41,008 nucleotides of DNA. Origin: Thermovirgaceae bacterium. GTDB taxonomy: Bacteria > Synergistota > Synergistia > Synergistales > Thermovirgaceae. The position numbers and the translations under genes are program-made. Numbering within the stretch: the stretch's first letter is position 1; every line of letters starts with the position of its first letter. Below the pieces are notes generated by a model. That model did no database searches and was not told the origin of the DNA. It saw only the letters and a program-made list of their open reading frames with translations. The stretch spans positions 1-41,008 of the forward strand of contig JAXGNU010000013.1 in NCBI GenBank assembly GCA_040767805.1, in the 5' to 3' direction. Shown in pieces: positions 17,726-28,105 of this stretch.

Positions 17726-18886
17726 ATGAACTCTACCAGGGTCCTCACCGGCCGATTCCTCGCAGGCAACTTCGCCATAATGGCTTTCGGCGATCTATAT
17801 TTTCTCCTAGCCCTGTACCTGCAGAATACGGGGGTCAAAGATCCCGGGACAATCGGATGGATACTGGGTATCTTTTTCGCCGCCTCGACGATCACCCGCC
17901 CTCTCGCCAGCCTCGCCATCGAGAAATTTTCCTTCAGGAGGGTGATGCTGGCGGCTTCGTTCCTTTGCCTTGCCAGCGGGTCGGGTGTCGCCCTGGCGGG
18001 ATCTTCGGTCCCCCTGGTACTGGCCTTCAGAGCCCTTACGGGTTTTTCCTCGAGTCTTTTCCTGGTCGGCCTGACCACTTACCAGGTCTTGGCCGTTCCT
18101 GAAAAAGTCCGGGGTTCTTCCTTCACCCTTGCCAGCGCCGGGACCATAGCCCCCATGATAGCGCTGCTTCCCATCGCCGAGTGGCTTTTGCGGAACGGCC
18201 ACAATTATATCTACATCTGGTCACCCCTCCTTCCCGCCATACTCTGCTTGGCCGTCACCGTCACCATTCCCCGGGAGGATGACCCCAGCCTTGGGAATGT
18301 CTACTGGGGAACCTATTCAGAGGTGCTAAAGGGGAAGGAGTTCAGGACCCTTCTGGCCTCGGTGGTCCTCTTCGCCATGACCGATGCCGCCATTGTCTCC
18401 CTGGCGGGACTAGCCCTGGAGAGGGGTTTGCTCGCCTCGTCGTTCATTTCCTCCCAGGCCCTGACAGGGCTCTTGATAAGGCTTTTCGGCTTCAGGCTCA
18501 TGGACCGCCTGCCGAGGAGCAGGTTGGCGGCTCTCAGCTTCTCGGTGACCGCTTTCGCGTCGGTGGCCGTCACCCTTGTGAACAGCAACGCCTGGACGAT
18601 CTTCTGGGGGGTGGTCTACGGCATCGGGATGGGATACGGCTTCCCCTTACACCTCGCCCTCATCGGGGACATGGTACCCGCACGGCTTCGGCCTAAGGCC
18701 ACCTCCCTGGTTTGGTTTCTCATGGCCGGGTGCTACTTCGTCTCCCCCGTGCTGACAGGATCCATTGCGCGGTATTTGAATTTCTCATGGGCTTTCAGGT
18801 TGATCTGCGGCGCCATTATCTTCTTCGCTCCAACGGTGCACCATCGCTTCTGCACCTCCATACCGTCCGAAAACAACCAAAAGTGA
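17726..18886 (+). CDS. MFS transporter
   Basis: 386 aa with about 12 hydrophobic segments; VPEKVRG and VPARLRP loop motifs. Confidence 0.85.
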   Translation: MNSTRVLTGRFLAGNFAIMAFGDLYFLLALYLQNTGVKDPGTIGWILGIFFAASTITRPLASLAIEKFSFRRVMLAASFLCLASGSGVALAGSSVPLVLAFRALTGFSSSLFLVGLTTYQVLAVPEKVRGSSFTLASAGTIAPMIALLPIAEWLLRNGHNYIYIWSPLLPAILCLAVTVTIPREDDPSLGNVYWGTYSEVLKGKEFRTLLASVVLFAMTDAAIVSLAGLALERGLLASSFISSQALTGLLIRLFGFRLMDRLPRSRLAALSFSVTAFASVAVTLVNSNAWTIFWGVVYGIGMGYGFPLHLALIGDMVPARLRPKATSLVWFLMAGCYFVSPVLTGSIARYLNFSWAFRLICGAIIFFAPTVHHRFCTSIPSENNQK

Positions 18887-19032
18887 GCATGATCGGCCTT
18901 GCCTCCCAAAAGCCCGGCCTCGAACCCCCTTCGAACGCTTATATAATCCTTTGACAGGGTGACGGTTTATAGGGTATATATTGTCTGCACCTTTCTTCGC
19001 AAGGTGACTTTCCTTAAGGAGGTTTCTCGGAA

Positions 19033-19974
19033 ATGAGAAGAGGTTTGAGGATCCTTGTCCTTGCGGTGGTGATGGCGGGCCTTGTGGCGGGAGCCGCTTC
19101 GGCCGTGACGTTCATCAACATCGCCACGGGAAGCACGGGGGGCGCTTACTATCCTCTCGGCGCTGCGATGGCCAAGATCTGGAATGATAATATCGAGGGC
19201 ATCAAGGCCAGCGCCCAGTCCACCGGCGGCACCGTCAACAACATCCAGTTGATGGGCAGTGGGGAGGCCGAAACAGGCTTCATGGACGGCCTTTATTACT
19301 ATGCCTACCTGGGGAAGGACAAATTCGAGGGCAACCCCCAGGACTACATCAGGGCCCTTGTTCCCCTTTATCCCGAGCCGACCCAACTGATGATAGCCAA
19401 GGGAAGCGGCATCAAGACACTTCATGACTTCAAGGGCAAGAGGGTCTCCATCGGGGCCGTCGCGAGCGGGACTGAAGTCACGGCCCGGCAACTGCTCAGG
19501 CTGGCGGGGATCGACCCTGACAAGGATATCCAGGCCGAGAACCTCGGCGTCGGTGATACGGCGACCGCCTTCAGCGACAAGCGGATCGACGCGGCAGTGA
19601 TGGTGGGTTCCCTCGGGATGGCCGGCGTGGTCGAGGCCGCCACCCTGGGCGTAGTGGAATTCATCGATGTCCCCGACAACATCCGGGACAAGGTCATTGC
19701 CGAGACCCCCTACTGGGTGCCCTTCACCATCCCAGCCAATTTCTACTCAAACCAGCCCAACGAGGTCAAGACCTACGCCAGCTGGAATATCCTGGCCATC
19801 AACAAGGATGTCGATGGCGACCTGGCCTACCGGATGACCAAGGCTCTCTTCGAGCACAAGGATGACCTTCTCGCCGTTCGTGCCATGATGGAGACCATGA
19901 AACCCGAAAACATCCAGTACATACTGATCCCGATGCACTACGGAGCCAGGAGGTACTACGACGAGGTAATGTAA
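19033..19974 (+). CDS. TAXI-family TRAP transporter solute-binding protein
   Basis: Signal peptide; IATGSTGGAYYPLG, STGGTVNNI, LYPE, KGKRVSIGAVASGT, IPMHYGARRYY. Confidence 0.92.
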   Translation: MRRGLRILVLAVVMAGLVAGAASAVTFINIATGSTGGAYYPLGAAMAKIWNDNIEGIKASAQSTGGTVNNIQLMGSGEAETGFMDGLYYYAYLGKDKFEGNPQDYIRALVPLYPEPTQLMIAKGSGIKTLHDFKGKRVSIGAVASGTEVTARQLLRLAGIDPDKDIQAENLGVGDTATAFSDKRIDAAVMVGSLGMAGVVEAATLGVVEFIDVPDNIRDKVIAETPYWVPFTIPANFYSNQPNEVKTYASWNILAINKDVDGDLAYRMTKALFEHKDDLLAVRAMMETMKPENIQYILIPMHYGARRYYDEVM

Positions 19975-20000
19975 GGTCCTCAATTATCAAAAAATCTTTC

Positions 20001-20036
20001 AGGGCCCGGGTCGGAGCGATTGGCGGCCCGGGCCCT
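20001..20036. other. Intercistronic stem-loop between TAXI binding-protein and permease genes
   Basis: agggcccggg...cccgggccct inverted repeat. Confidence 0.55.
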
Positions 20037-20055
20037 CTCGGGAATGGGGTTTGAC

Positions 20056-22018
20056 ATGGGTAAGGACGAAACCGTCAAAACACCGCTAGTGCAGCAGATC
20101 GAGGAGGAAGACCTCCAGAGCATAGTCGAGAAAGTACGACATCGAGAGCCGCTTTCGCCGTCCCGTAGGCTTCCCGAAGAAGATCGTTTCCGCCTGGTTG
20201 ATCGCCATGTCCCTTTTCACCTCTATACTGCAGGGATCGGACTTTTGCCCACATCGATCCATCGCGCCGTCCACCTCACCTTCGCCATCGTGGCCGTGTT
20301 TCTGCTCTACCCGGGCAGAGAGGGCGAGGACAAGACCAAGATCCCCTGGTTTGACTGGGTCCTGGCGGCGGTGGCCGGTGTGGGCACGGGGTACATAATA
20401 TTCTTCTTCAACGAGATAGCTCGAAGGGGGCCCAGGTTCAACCCCACGAGGTCTGGCTGGGCCTACTCACCTTCGTGATGGTCCTGGAAGCCGGAGAAGG
20501 GTCGCTGGGAAGGTGCTTCCCTTCCTGAGCGTCTTTTTCCTCCTTTACTGCTACTTCGGCCGCTTCATGCCCTTCATGTTCATGCACAGGGGTTACTCGA
20601 TCAACCGGATCATCCAGCACATGTACCTGACCCAGGAGGGAATTTTCGGCGTGGCCCTCGGGGTCTCCAGTACTTTCGTATTCTTGTTCATCCTTTTTGG
20701 GGCCTTTCTTGGGAAGAGCGGGGGGGCCAGGTTCTTCAACGAACTCGCCTTGGCCATGGCGGGTCATTCACCCGGCGGCCCCGCGAAGGTCGCCATAGTC
20801 GCCTCGGGCCTGTTGGGGACCATCAGCGGTTCCTCCGTGGCCAACGTGGCCACCACCGGGGCCTTTACGATCCCTCTCATGAAAAAGGTGGGTTACAAGC
20901 CCGAGTTCGCCGGCGCCGTCGAGGCCAGCGCCTCCACCGGGGGCCAGTTCATGCCGCCCATCATGGGAGCCGGCGCTTTCATCATGAGCGAATTCCTGGG
21001 GATCTCCTACCTGAGAATAGCCGCAGCGGCCGCGATACCGGCCTTGCTCTACTACATCGCCCTCTACTTCGCCGTCCACCTGAGAGCCCGCCAGAGGGAC
21101 CTCAGGGGCCTGCCCAAGAACCTCCTACCCTCACTGAAGGAGGTCATGAAAAAAGACGGCCACCTCATGGTTCCCCTGGTGGTCATCATCGGCATGCTCC
21201 TGAACAGGTATACCCCCCTCGCGGCGGCTTTCTGGGGGATCGTCAGCGTCGTGGCGGTGAGCCTCCTCCGCAAACACACACGGATGGGGATCAGGGACAT
21301 CTGCGACGCCCTCGAAGAGGGGGCCCGGTGCGCCCTCGGCGTGGCCCTTGCCTGCGCGCTGGTGGGTTTCATCGTGGGGACCTCATCACTTACGGCGTTG
21401 GGATTGACGATCTCCAACAACATCATCGACATCTCGAGGGGGATGCTGTTCCCCACGCTGCTCCTTTCCATGGTGGCCTGCCTGGTGCTGGGGATGGGGC
21501 TGCCTACGACGGCGAACTACATCGTGACGAGCACGATGATCGCCCCCGCGCTGGTCAAGATGGGGGTCCTGCCCCTGGCTGCCCATCTTTTCGTCTTCTA
21601 CTTCGGCATCATGGCCGACCTGACCCCGCCGGTCTGCCTCGCTTCGTTCACCGGCGCCGGGATAGCCGGTGGCAACCCCAGCCAGACGGGTTTCATGGCG
21701 ACCAGGATAGCCCTCGTCGCCTACCTCATACCCTTCTCTTTCATCTATAACCCGGTGATCCTCCTGGAGAATTTTTCCTGGGTTCCCCTTGCCATCATTG
21801 TCGTTGCCTCCCTGGCCAGTATCTTCAGCCTTGCGGCGGCTTTACAGGGGTGGATGTTTGAAAGGCTGGGCTATCCCGTGAGGGCGATCCTTTTTGTCGC
21901 CGCCATCGTCGCCTTCCTGCCCGATTACCGCGTGAAAGTGATGGCCGCCCTTTTCATCGGCGCGTCGGTGATCGCCCTGAAGATCCTTAACGCCCGAAGA
22001 ACGGTTACGGCGAGCTGA
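20056..22018 (+). pseudogene. TRAP fused permease (DctQM, 4TM/12TM), apparently frameshifted in its 5' part, likely by sequencing error
   Basis: C-terminal ORF has GIFGVALGVSSTFVFLF, GGPAKVA, SGSSVANV, EASASTGGQFMPPIMGAGAF, LGMGLPTT, DLTPPV. The N-terminal part reconstructs with four single-base indels. Confidence 0.85.
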
Positions 22019-22033
22019 AGAAACGAAGGATAA

Positions 22034-22070
22034 ATGGACAGGGGGGCAGTTGAACCGCCCCCCTGTCCAT
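22034..22070. terminator. Bidirectional terminator
   Basis: atggacaggggggc...gcccccctgtccat 14-bp inverted repeat between convergent genes. Confidence 0.8.
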
Positions 22071-22107
22071 CTTCGGTTGTCCCCTTCCTGCTTTGGGCCG
22101 TGCTCCC

Positions 22108-22557
22108 TCAGGCTAGCTCGGAGGTACAGAAAGGACAGCGGGTCGCCTTGATGGGCACCGAGGAAAGACAGTAAGGGCAATCCTTAGTGGTCGGCTCCAG
22201 GGGAGCCTCTTCTTCCCGGCGTTTCATCGCGTTGACCCCTTTAATGACGAAGAATACCGATAGGGCGATAATGAGGAAACTGACCACGGAGTTCAAAAAA
22301 AGACCGTAGGCCACGGTGACAGCGCCGGCTTCCTGGGCGCTCGCCAGCGTCGCGTAGGGTCCCGGCGAAACCCCTTCCTTGAGGGTGAGGAAAAGATCAG
22401 TAAAGTCGACACCGCCAAGGATAAGGCCTATGGGCGGCATGAGTATATCGGTGACAAGGCTCATAACAATCGTGCCGAAGGCTCCGCCGATTATGATACC
22501 CACGGCCATATCCACCACGTTTCCCCGCATCGCGAATTCCCTGAACTCCTTGAACAT
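22108..22557 (-). CDS. mscL: Large-conductance mechanosensitive channel
   Basis: [42 protein letters not shown]. Confidence 0.96.
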   Translation of the reverse strand: MFKEFREFAMRGNVVDMAVGIIIGGAFGTIVMSLVTDILMPPIGLILGGVDFTDLFLTLKEGVSPGPYATLASAQEAGAVTVAYGLFLNSVVSFLIIALSVFFVIKGVNAMKRREEEAPLEPTTKDCPYCLSSVPIKATRCPFCTSELA

Positions 22558-22590
22558 GGGATCCAACCTCCTCTCGAGATCTGCTGGTTT

Positions 22591-23508
22591 TTAGGCTTTT
22601 CTTCTTAAGGGTTCGTTGCCGCCTCGGCTCACCAGGACGATCGCCAAGACGATGAGGGCCGCCCCCGCTACCTCCCTGGGGGCCGGGGGCTGACGCAACA
22701 GGACGGCCGAAAGGGTGAAGGCCGTAACGATTTCGATGGATGAGACGATGCTGGCCGTCGACGCCGGCAAAGTCCTGAGGCCGTAAAAATAGATACTGTA
22801 GCCCAGCATGCCTCCACCAAGCCCTACGTACATGATCCATAACAGTTGTGCCGTGGTGATCAAGGGAAGATCGCCCCACCCGGCCGTGAATGTCTTGAGC
22901 AGGGAGAGCCAGCTCAGGCCGAAAAACTGCAAATAGAAAAACAGCGTGGCTTGGGATATGAACCCTGTCTGGGCCGAGAGCCTTCCGAAAAGGGAATACA
23001 AGGACATGCCCAAGGCGGCGAAAAGACACCAGGCGATACCAACGGGGTCTATCCCTCCCGAAAGGGACCCCTCCGATGAAAGCACCCCTACCGCCACACC
23101 CACGAAGGTAAGCAGCGCCCCGGCGACCTGGCGGCAATTGGGGAGCTCCTTCGTTATCACCAGCGAACCGATGGTCGTGAGCAGGGGATGGGTGAAGAAA
23201 ATGACAATGGTGACCGGCACCGAGAGGTGATGAAGGGCGAAGAAGAACCCGGCGTAGATGCCCACCATGCAGGGCCCGGCAAGGACCGCGACCTGGAGTA
23301 GTTGGCGGCCTCCGATTCGGAAGCGGTGCGGCATGCGTGCAAGGAGGAAAAGGGCCACCCCCCCCGCCATGAAAGCCGCCCTCAGGACGGCCACGGTCAG
23401 CATATCGGCGCCCAAAAGACTCAACTGTTTCCCGGCGGGGCTCAGGGTGCCCCAGAGGACACCCGCCGAGAGAACGGCTAAAATATCAAGCCTGAAGTAA
23501 TCCCTCAA
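22591..23508 (-). CDS. DMT/EamA-family transporter
   Basis: 305 aa with about 10 TM segments; two EamA repeats (LWG...R; ASTASIVSSIEIV). Confidence 0.88.
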   Translation of the reverse strand: MRDYFRLDILAVLSAGVLWGTLSPAGKQLSLLGADMLTVAVLRAAFMAGGVALFLLARMPHRFRIGGRQLLQVAVLAGPCMVGIYAGFFFALHHLSVPVTIVIFFTHPLLTTIGSLVITKELPNCRQVAGALLTFVGVAVGVLSSEGSLSGGIDPVGIAWCLFAALGMSLYSLFGRLSAQTGFISQATLFFYLQFFGLSWLSLLKTFTAGWGDLPLITTAQLLWIMYVGLGGGMLGYSIYFYGLRTLPASTASIVSSIEIVTAFTLSAVLLRQPPAPREVAGAALIVLAIVLVSRGGNEPLRRKA

Positions 23509-23595
23509 AGAGTCGGACTCTCTCCCGTAGGTTTGAAATGTTTTTGCCTTTTGATTGTATCACCCTTATTATAGACTTACGGAAGTGATGAATCG

Positions 23596-24117
23596 TTGGC
23601 GAAACAGAGAGGTTTCCCCTTTGTGTCCGGGCCGGGACCGCTTTTGCTCATCCTGGGCAGTTTCCCGGGGAAAAAGTCCCTCCAGGATAGACAATATTAC
23701 GCTCACCCCAGGAACGCTTTCTGGACGATCATGGGCGCGCTGTTCAAAGCCGGACCGGAACTCCCTTATGAAGACCGGCTTGAAAGGCTCCGCGGCGCGG
23801 GGGTCGCCTTGTGGGACGTCCTGCTTTACTGCGAGAGGCCCGGCAGCATGGACGGCTCAATCCTGGATGATGGCGTCGTTCCTAACGATTTCGCACGTTT
23901 TTTCCGGGACCACCCAACGATCCTAGCGATCTTTTTCAACGGCCGCAAGGCCGCGGAACTGTTTGAACGCTTCGTACTGCCGGGCCTGGATATCGATCAA
24001 AAGACTTTGAGCAGACAGACCCTCCCATCGACCAGCCCGGCCTACGCGTCGAAAAGCCTTGCCCAGAAGATAAACGACTGGGGGGTTTTGCTCGAATTGT
24101 GCTCGACACGGCCTTGA
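23596..24117 (+). CDS. DNA-deoxyinosine (hypoxanthine) glycosylase, UDG family 6
   Basis: LILGSFPG..SL...QYYAHPRNAFW, LWDV, FNG.KA, LPSTSPA. Confidence 0.88.
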   Translation: MAKQRGFPFVSGPGPLLLILGSFPGKKSLQDRQYYAHPRNAFWTIMGALFKAGPELPYEDRLERLRGAGVALWDVLLYCERPGSMDGSILDDGVVPNDFARFFRDHPTILAIFFNGRKAAELFERFVLPGLDIDQKTLSRQTLPSTSPAYASKSLAQKINDWGVLLELCSTRP

Positions 24118-24200
24118 CCCCCCTTCCCGGTACCGGACCTCAAAAGCCCGACCCCCTTGAGGGGCGCCTGGGCCTTGCGAACCCGCGGCCGCCCTTCCGG

Positions 24201-25064
24201 TCAATGGTCCCGATGCACCCCGGGCGATTTAAGTTCCACCAGAAGGGCATCGGCCTCCTCCCTGGAAAACCCGGCGAAAACGTTCTCTTCCGACGGGAAG
24301 GAACCGTTCCTTATGTCCGCCTTGAATTCCATGAAGGCCTCCACCATTTCTGTCCCTATCTGCCTGTACTGCTTGACGAACCTGGGCGTGAACCGGTCGA
24401 AAAGCCCCATCATGTCGTGCAGGACTAGCACTTGCCCGTCGCAATACCTGCCCGCGCCTATACCGATGACCGGCACATTCACAAGGCTGGACATTACCCT
24501 TCCCAACTCTTCGGGGACGCATTCCAGCACGATGGAGAAAACCCCCGCCTCCTCCAACCTCTTGGCATCGTCGAGCAACCGGAGCCCAGCCTCCTTGCCC
24601 TTACCCTGGACCTTGAATCCCCCCAGGAGGACGGCTGTCTGGGGGGTGAGCCCCAAGTGCCCCTGGACGGCGATACCCCCATCGACAATGGCCCTTATGA
24701 CGTTGGGGTGGGCCCCCTCTAGTTTTACGGCATCGCAACCGCCCTCCTTGATGAGGCGGGTTGACGAATGGACCGCCTGGGAAAGGCTCTCGTTGTAAGA
24801 GCCGAAGACGAGATCCCCGATGACCAGTGGTGAAGGCGCTCCCTTCACTACGGGCTTGATGTGGGCAATCATTTCGTCGGTGGTAAGGGCCGTCGTCCCC
24901 TCGTGGCCAAGGGTGGTCATGGCTAGAGAATCGCCCACCAGGACCACCTCGATGCCGGCTTTCTCCACCAAGACGGCCTGGGAATAATCGTAGGCCGTCA
25001 CCATGGAGATTTTCTCCCCCGCCTCCTTCATCTTCTGCAGTTGCTGGATCGTCACTTTCGCCAT
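24201..25064 (-). CDS. panB: 3-methyl-2-oxobutanoate hydroxymethyltransferase
   Basis: ISMVTAYD, LVGDS, AVKLEG, GHLGLTPQ, IGIGAG..CDGQVLV. Confidence 0.96.
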   Translation of the reverse strand: MAKVTIQQLQKMKEAGEKISMVTAYDYSQAVLVEKAGIEVVLVGDSLAMTTLGHEGTTALTTDEMIAHIKPVVKGAPSPLVIGDLVFGSYNESLSQAVHSSTRLIKEGGCDAVKLEGAHPNVIRAIVDGGIAVQGHLGLTPQTAVLLGGFKVQGKGKEAGLRLLDDAKRLEEAGVFSIVLECVPEELGRVMSSLVNVPVIGIGAGRYCDGQVLVLHDMMGLFDRFTPRFVKQYRQIGTEMVEAFMEFKADIRNGSFPSEENVFAGFSREEADALLVELKSPGVHRDH

Positions 25065-25255
25065 GAGTCTCACAACCTTGTCGAGAATATTTTCAGTCCT
25101 TTCTGTCTCATTCTTACGCAAGGGCGTTTCCAATATATACGATTTTAGGAGAACGCCCTCTTTTTTGGTATCATTTATTTACCAGGCTGCCTCAGGTTCG
25201 GCCGACCCCCATCTTCTTGGAGGCTCCTGGACCCAAATAAAGGAGGTAGATCACG

Positions 25256-26299
25256 ATGAGACCCGGAAGGTTGACCGCCGCGATCTTGCTCGCCGTCTTC
25301 TGCGTCGCTTTTTTGGGAGTGCCGTCGTCGCCGGCCGCCCTGGAGGTAAAGATGTCCTACAACGGCCCGGCCGACGAGGAGAACAACGCAGTACACCTTT
25401 ACGCCGTCAACTTCAAGAAACTGGTCGAGGAGGGAACCGGGGGGGCTGTGATGATCAAGCTCTTCCCCGACAGCCAGCTTGGCAACGAAGAGGAACGAAT
25501 GGAACTGCTCACGAAAAAGGGAATGAATCAGCCCATTATCAACGTGGCATCCTTTGCGGGCGTGGCACCGGTATTCCCGGAGATCTACGCTTCGGCTGTG
25601 CCTTTCATGTTCGACAGTTTCGAGGCGGCCCACTTCTTCTTCGATGAGAGTCGCTACTGGGAGAGGGCGAAGGAGGAGTTCCACCAGCGTACCGGCGCGT
25701 ACCTGCTGGAGGCCGTCGAGGAAGGGGGTTTCCTTGCCTTCACCAATGACAAGAGGCAGATAAGGACCGCCGAGGACTTCAAGGGTCTCCGCTTCCGTGG
25801 GATGGACGAGGGACAGGTCATCCTTTTCGAGTCTTTTGGCGCCAGCGGCACGCCCATCCCCTGGACGGAACTGTACATGGCCCTGAAGTCGGGCGTTGTC
25901 GATGGGCAGATGAACCCCGCCATGTACATCAAGATGGGCAGCCTTTACGAAGTCCAGAAGTACCTCACCCTCGCCAATATCCAGTATTCAGACCAATTCC
26001 TCGTCATCAACGGTGACCTCCTCGACTCGCTTACGGCGGAACAAAGGGCGACCCTCACCGAAGCGGCGAGGAAAGCCAATTCGCTGAACAGGCAGGCGAT
26101 GCAGGAGGCCGACAGGAAGGATATCGACTTCCTGGTGGAAAAGGGCATGGCCGCCTACGCGCCCGACCATGAGGAGATGGAGTCCTTCCGGAAGGCGGCG
26201 CAGCCTGCCTACGTGGAGTGGTTGAAGACAAAGGTGGGACAAGACTGGCTGGACCTGGCCTTGCAGTGCGCCAGGGACGCCAACGAAAAGGCGAAATAG
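25256..26299 (+). CDS. dctP: TRAP transporter solute-binding protein DctP
   Basis: Signal peptide; FPDSQLG, DFKGLRFR, PIPWTELYMALKSGVVDGQ; SD AAGGAGG. Confidence 0.92.
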   Translation: MRPGRLTAAILLAVFCVAFLGVPSSPAALEVKMSYNGPADEENNAVHLYAVNFKKLVEEGTGGAVMIKLFPDSQLGNEEERMELLTKKGMNQPIINVASFAGVAPVFPEIYASAVPFMFDSFEAAHFFFDESRYWERAKEEFHQRTGAYLLEAVEEGGFLAFTNDKRQIRTAEDFKGLRFRGMDEGQVILFESFGASGTPIPWTELYMALKSGVVDGQMNPAMYIKMGSLYEVQKYLTLANIQYSDQFLVINGDLLDSLTAEQRATLTEAARKANSLNRQAMQEADRKDIDFLVEKGMAAYAPDHEEMESFRKAAQPAYVEWLKTKVGQDWLDLALQCARDANEKAK

Positions 26300-26303
26300 G
26301 CCC

Positions 26304-26801
26304 GTGACGACATCTTCGGGCGCCAACGCGGGAAGAAGCCCCTCGAAATGGATTCCCAGGCTTGAACTTTTCGGGGCATGGGCCGCCTGCTTCATGCTCG
26401 CCGTCAACGTGAGCGATATCCTCCTGGGGGTCTTCTGTCGCTACGTCCTGAAAAGTTCCCTCGTCTGGACAGAGGAAGTGGCACGCTTCTCCCTGATTTG
26501 GATCGTAATGCTCGGCGCCCTCGGGGCCGCCGTAAAGGGGGACCACATGGCCGTGGATTTCGTGGTCCCCCACCTCCCACCCCTTTTTCAACGGGTGATA
26601 AAGCAGGGGAAATTCTTCCTTTCGTCGGCCATCCTTTTACTGATGATCTACCTCGGATGGGTGAACGCGACCAAGATCTGGTACATGAGAACCCTGGCGC
26701 TTAACATCCCGAAAACCATACCCCTTATGGCGTTGCCCGCGGGGTTCGCGTTGCTGCTGGTAGGGAGCGTGCTCCTTCACCTCGGTGAAAGGGGGAGCTG
26801 A
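26304..26801 (+). CDS. dctQ: TRAP transporter small permease DctQ
   Basis: VFCRYV...WTEEVARF..IW..MLG...HMAVD; 4 TM segments. Confidence 0.92.
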   Translation: MTTSSGANAGRSPSKWIPRLELFGAWAACFMLAVNVSDILLGVFCRYVLKSSLVWTEEVARFSLIWIVMLGALGAAVKGDHMAVDFVVPHLPPLFQRVIKQGKFFLSSAILLLMIYLGWVNATKIWYMRTLALNIPKTIPLMALPAGFALLLVGSVLLHLGERGS

Positions 26802-26802
26802 T

Positions 26803-28092
26803 TTGGGCTTTTTCATGCTGGTTTCCTTCCTCGTGCTCATGGTCCTGGGGCTGCCGCTCTTTTTGTCCCTGCTCTCGGCGGCCCTGGTGGGGATATTGCT
26901 CCTGGGCGACCTTTCCCTGCTGAGAGTGATGAGCCAGCAGTTCTTTGGCGGGATGGATTCCTTCACCCTCATGGCCATTCCCTTTTTCATCCTGGCGGGG
27001 ATCCTTATGAACCGATCGGGACTGACGGACCGCCTGCTCGACTTCTGCCGGCTCCTGGTCGGCTCCGTACGCGGCGGGCTCGGTTACGTAAACGTGGTGG
27101 GAAGCATCATCCTCGCGGGGGTGAACGGGTCCGCCGTGGCTGACGCGTCGGCTCTCGGCTCGATCCTCATCCCCGCGATGATCAAGGACGGTTTTTCCCC
27201 CTCCTATTCGGCAGGCCTTACCGCCGGCAGCGCCCTTATAGGACCGATCATCCCCCCGAGTATCTTCATGATCATTTACGCCACTATGACCAACACTTCC
27301 ATCGGGGGTCTTTTCGCGGCGGGAATACTCCCGGGGCTGGTTCTCGGGGGTGCCTTCATGATCATGAACTACTTTTATTCTATGAAATACCACGTGCCCG
27401 TCGCCGATTTCACCGAAGTCCGCAAGCGCAAGAAGGAGATCCTGGCCAGGTCGGCGGTGGCCCTTCTCGCTCCCGTCATCATCCTTGGGGGAATCATCAC
27501 GGGAATCGTGACGCCGACGGAATCCGGGGCCCTGGCCGTGGCCTACTGCCTGGTAGCAGGCCTCTTTTATACAAGGCAACTTACCAGGAAGGTCCTTTGG
27601 GAATCCCTTTACGAGACGGTCCGCCTTACCAGTTCGATATTCCTTATCATGGGGGCCGCCACGGTCATCGGCTGGCTCCTGAAATGGGAACAGATCCCCC
27701 AGCGCTTTGCCGCGCTGCTGCTCCAGGCCGGCCTTGTGGACAGGCCTTGGCTCCTGATGGTGGTATTGAGCGCCGTGATATTCCCCATCGGGATGTTCAT
27801 GGAGGAGGTTTCCACCCTTACCCTTCTTACCCCCATCTTCACGCCCATCGCAATGAAAGCCGGCATAGACCCCTTCCAATTCGGCGTGGTCATGACGCTG
27901 AACGTGACGATTGCCCTCATCACTCCACCGATGGGCGCCTGCAACTACGTCGTGGCGGCCGTCGGCAAGGTGAAATTGACCGACGTTTTCGTACACATCT
28001 GGCCCTTCATAGGCGTGTCGCTGATCGTACTCGGGATAGTGATCACCTTTCCCTTCCTGACCACCCTGATCCCCGGGATAATGAACCTCTAG
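26803..28092 (+). CDS. dctM: TRAP transporter large permease DctM
   Basis: SFTLMAIPFFILAG, GSAVAD, GPIIPPS, TPTESG, LITPPMG. TTG start at 26803 after GGGGAG is inferred. Confidence 0.92.
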   Translation: MGFFMLVSFLVLMVLGLPLFLSLLSAALVGILLLGDLSLLRVMSQQFFGGMDSFTLMAIPFFILAGILMNRSGLTDRLLDFCRLLVGSVRGGLGYVNVVGSIILAGVNGSAVADASALGSILIPAMIKDGFSPSYSAGLTAGSALIGPIIPPSIFMIIYATMTNTSIGGLFAAGILPGLVLGGAFMIMNYFYSMKYHVPVADFTEVRKRKKEILARSAVALLAPVIILGGIITGIVTPTESGALAVAYCLVAGLFYTRQLTRKVLWESLYETVRLTSSIFLIMGAATVIGWLLKWEQIPQRFAALLLQAGLVDRPWLLMVVLSAVIFPIGMFMEEVSTLTLLTPIFTPIAMKAGIDPFQFGVVMTLNVTIALITPPMGACNYVVAAVGKVKLTDVFVHIWPFIGVSLIVLGIVITFPFLTTLIPGIMNL

Positions 28093-28105
28093 GGAGGTGA
28101 CCAAG

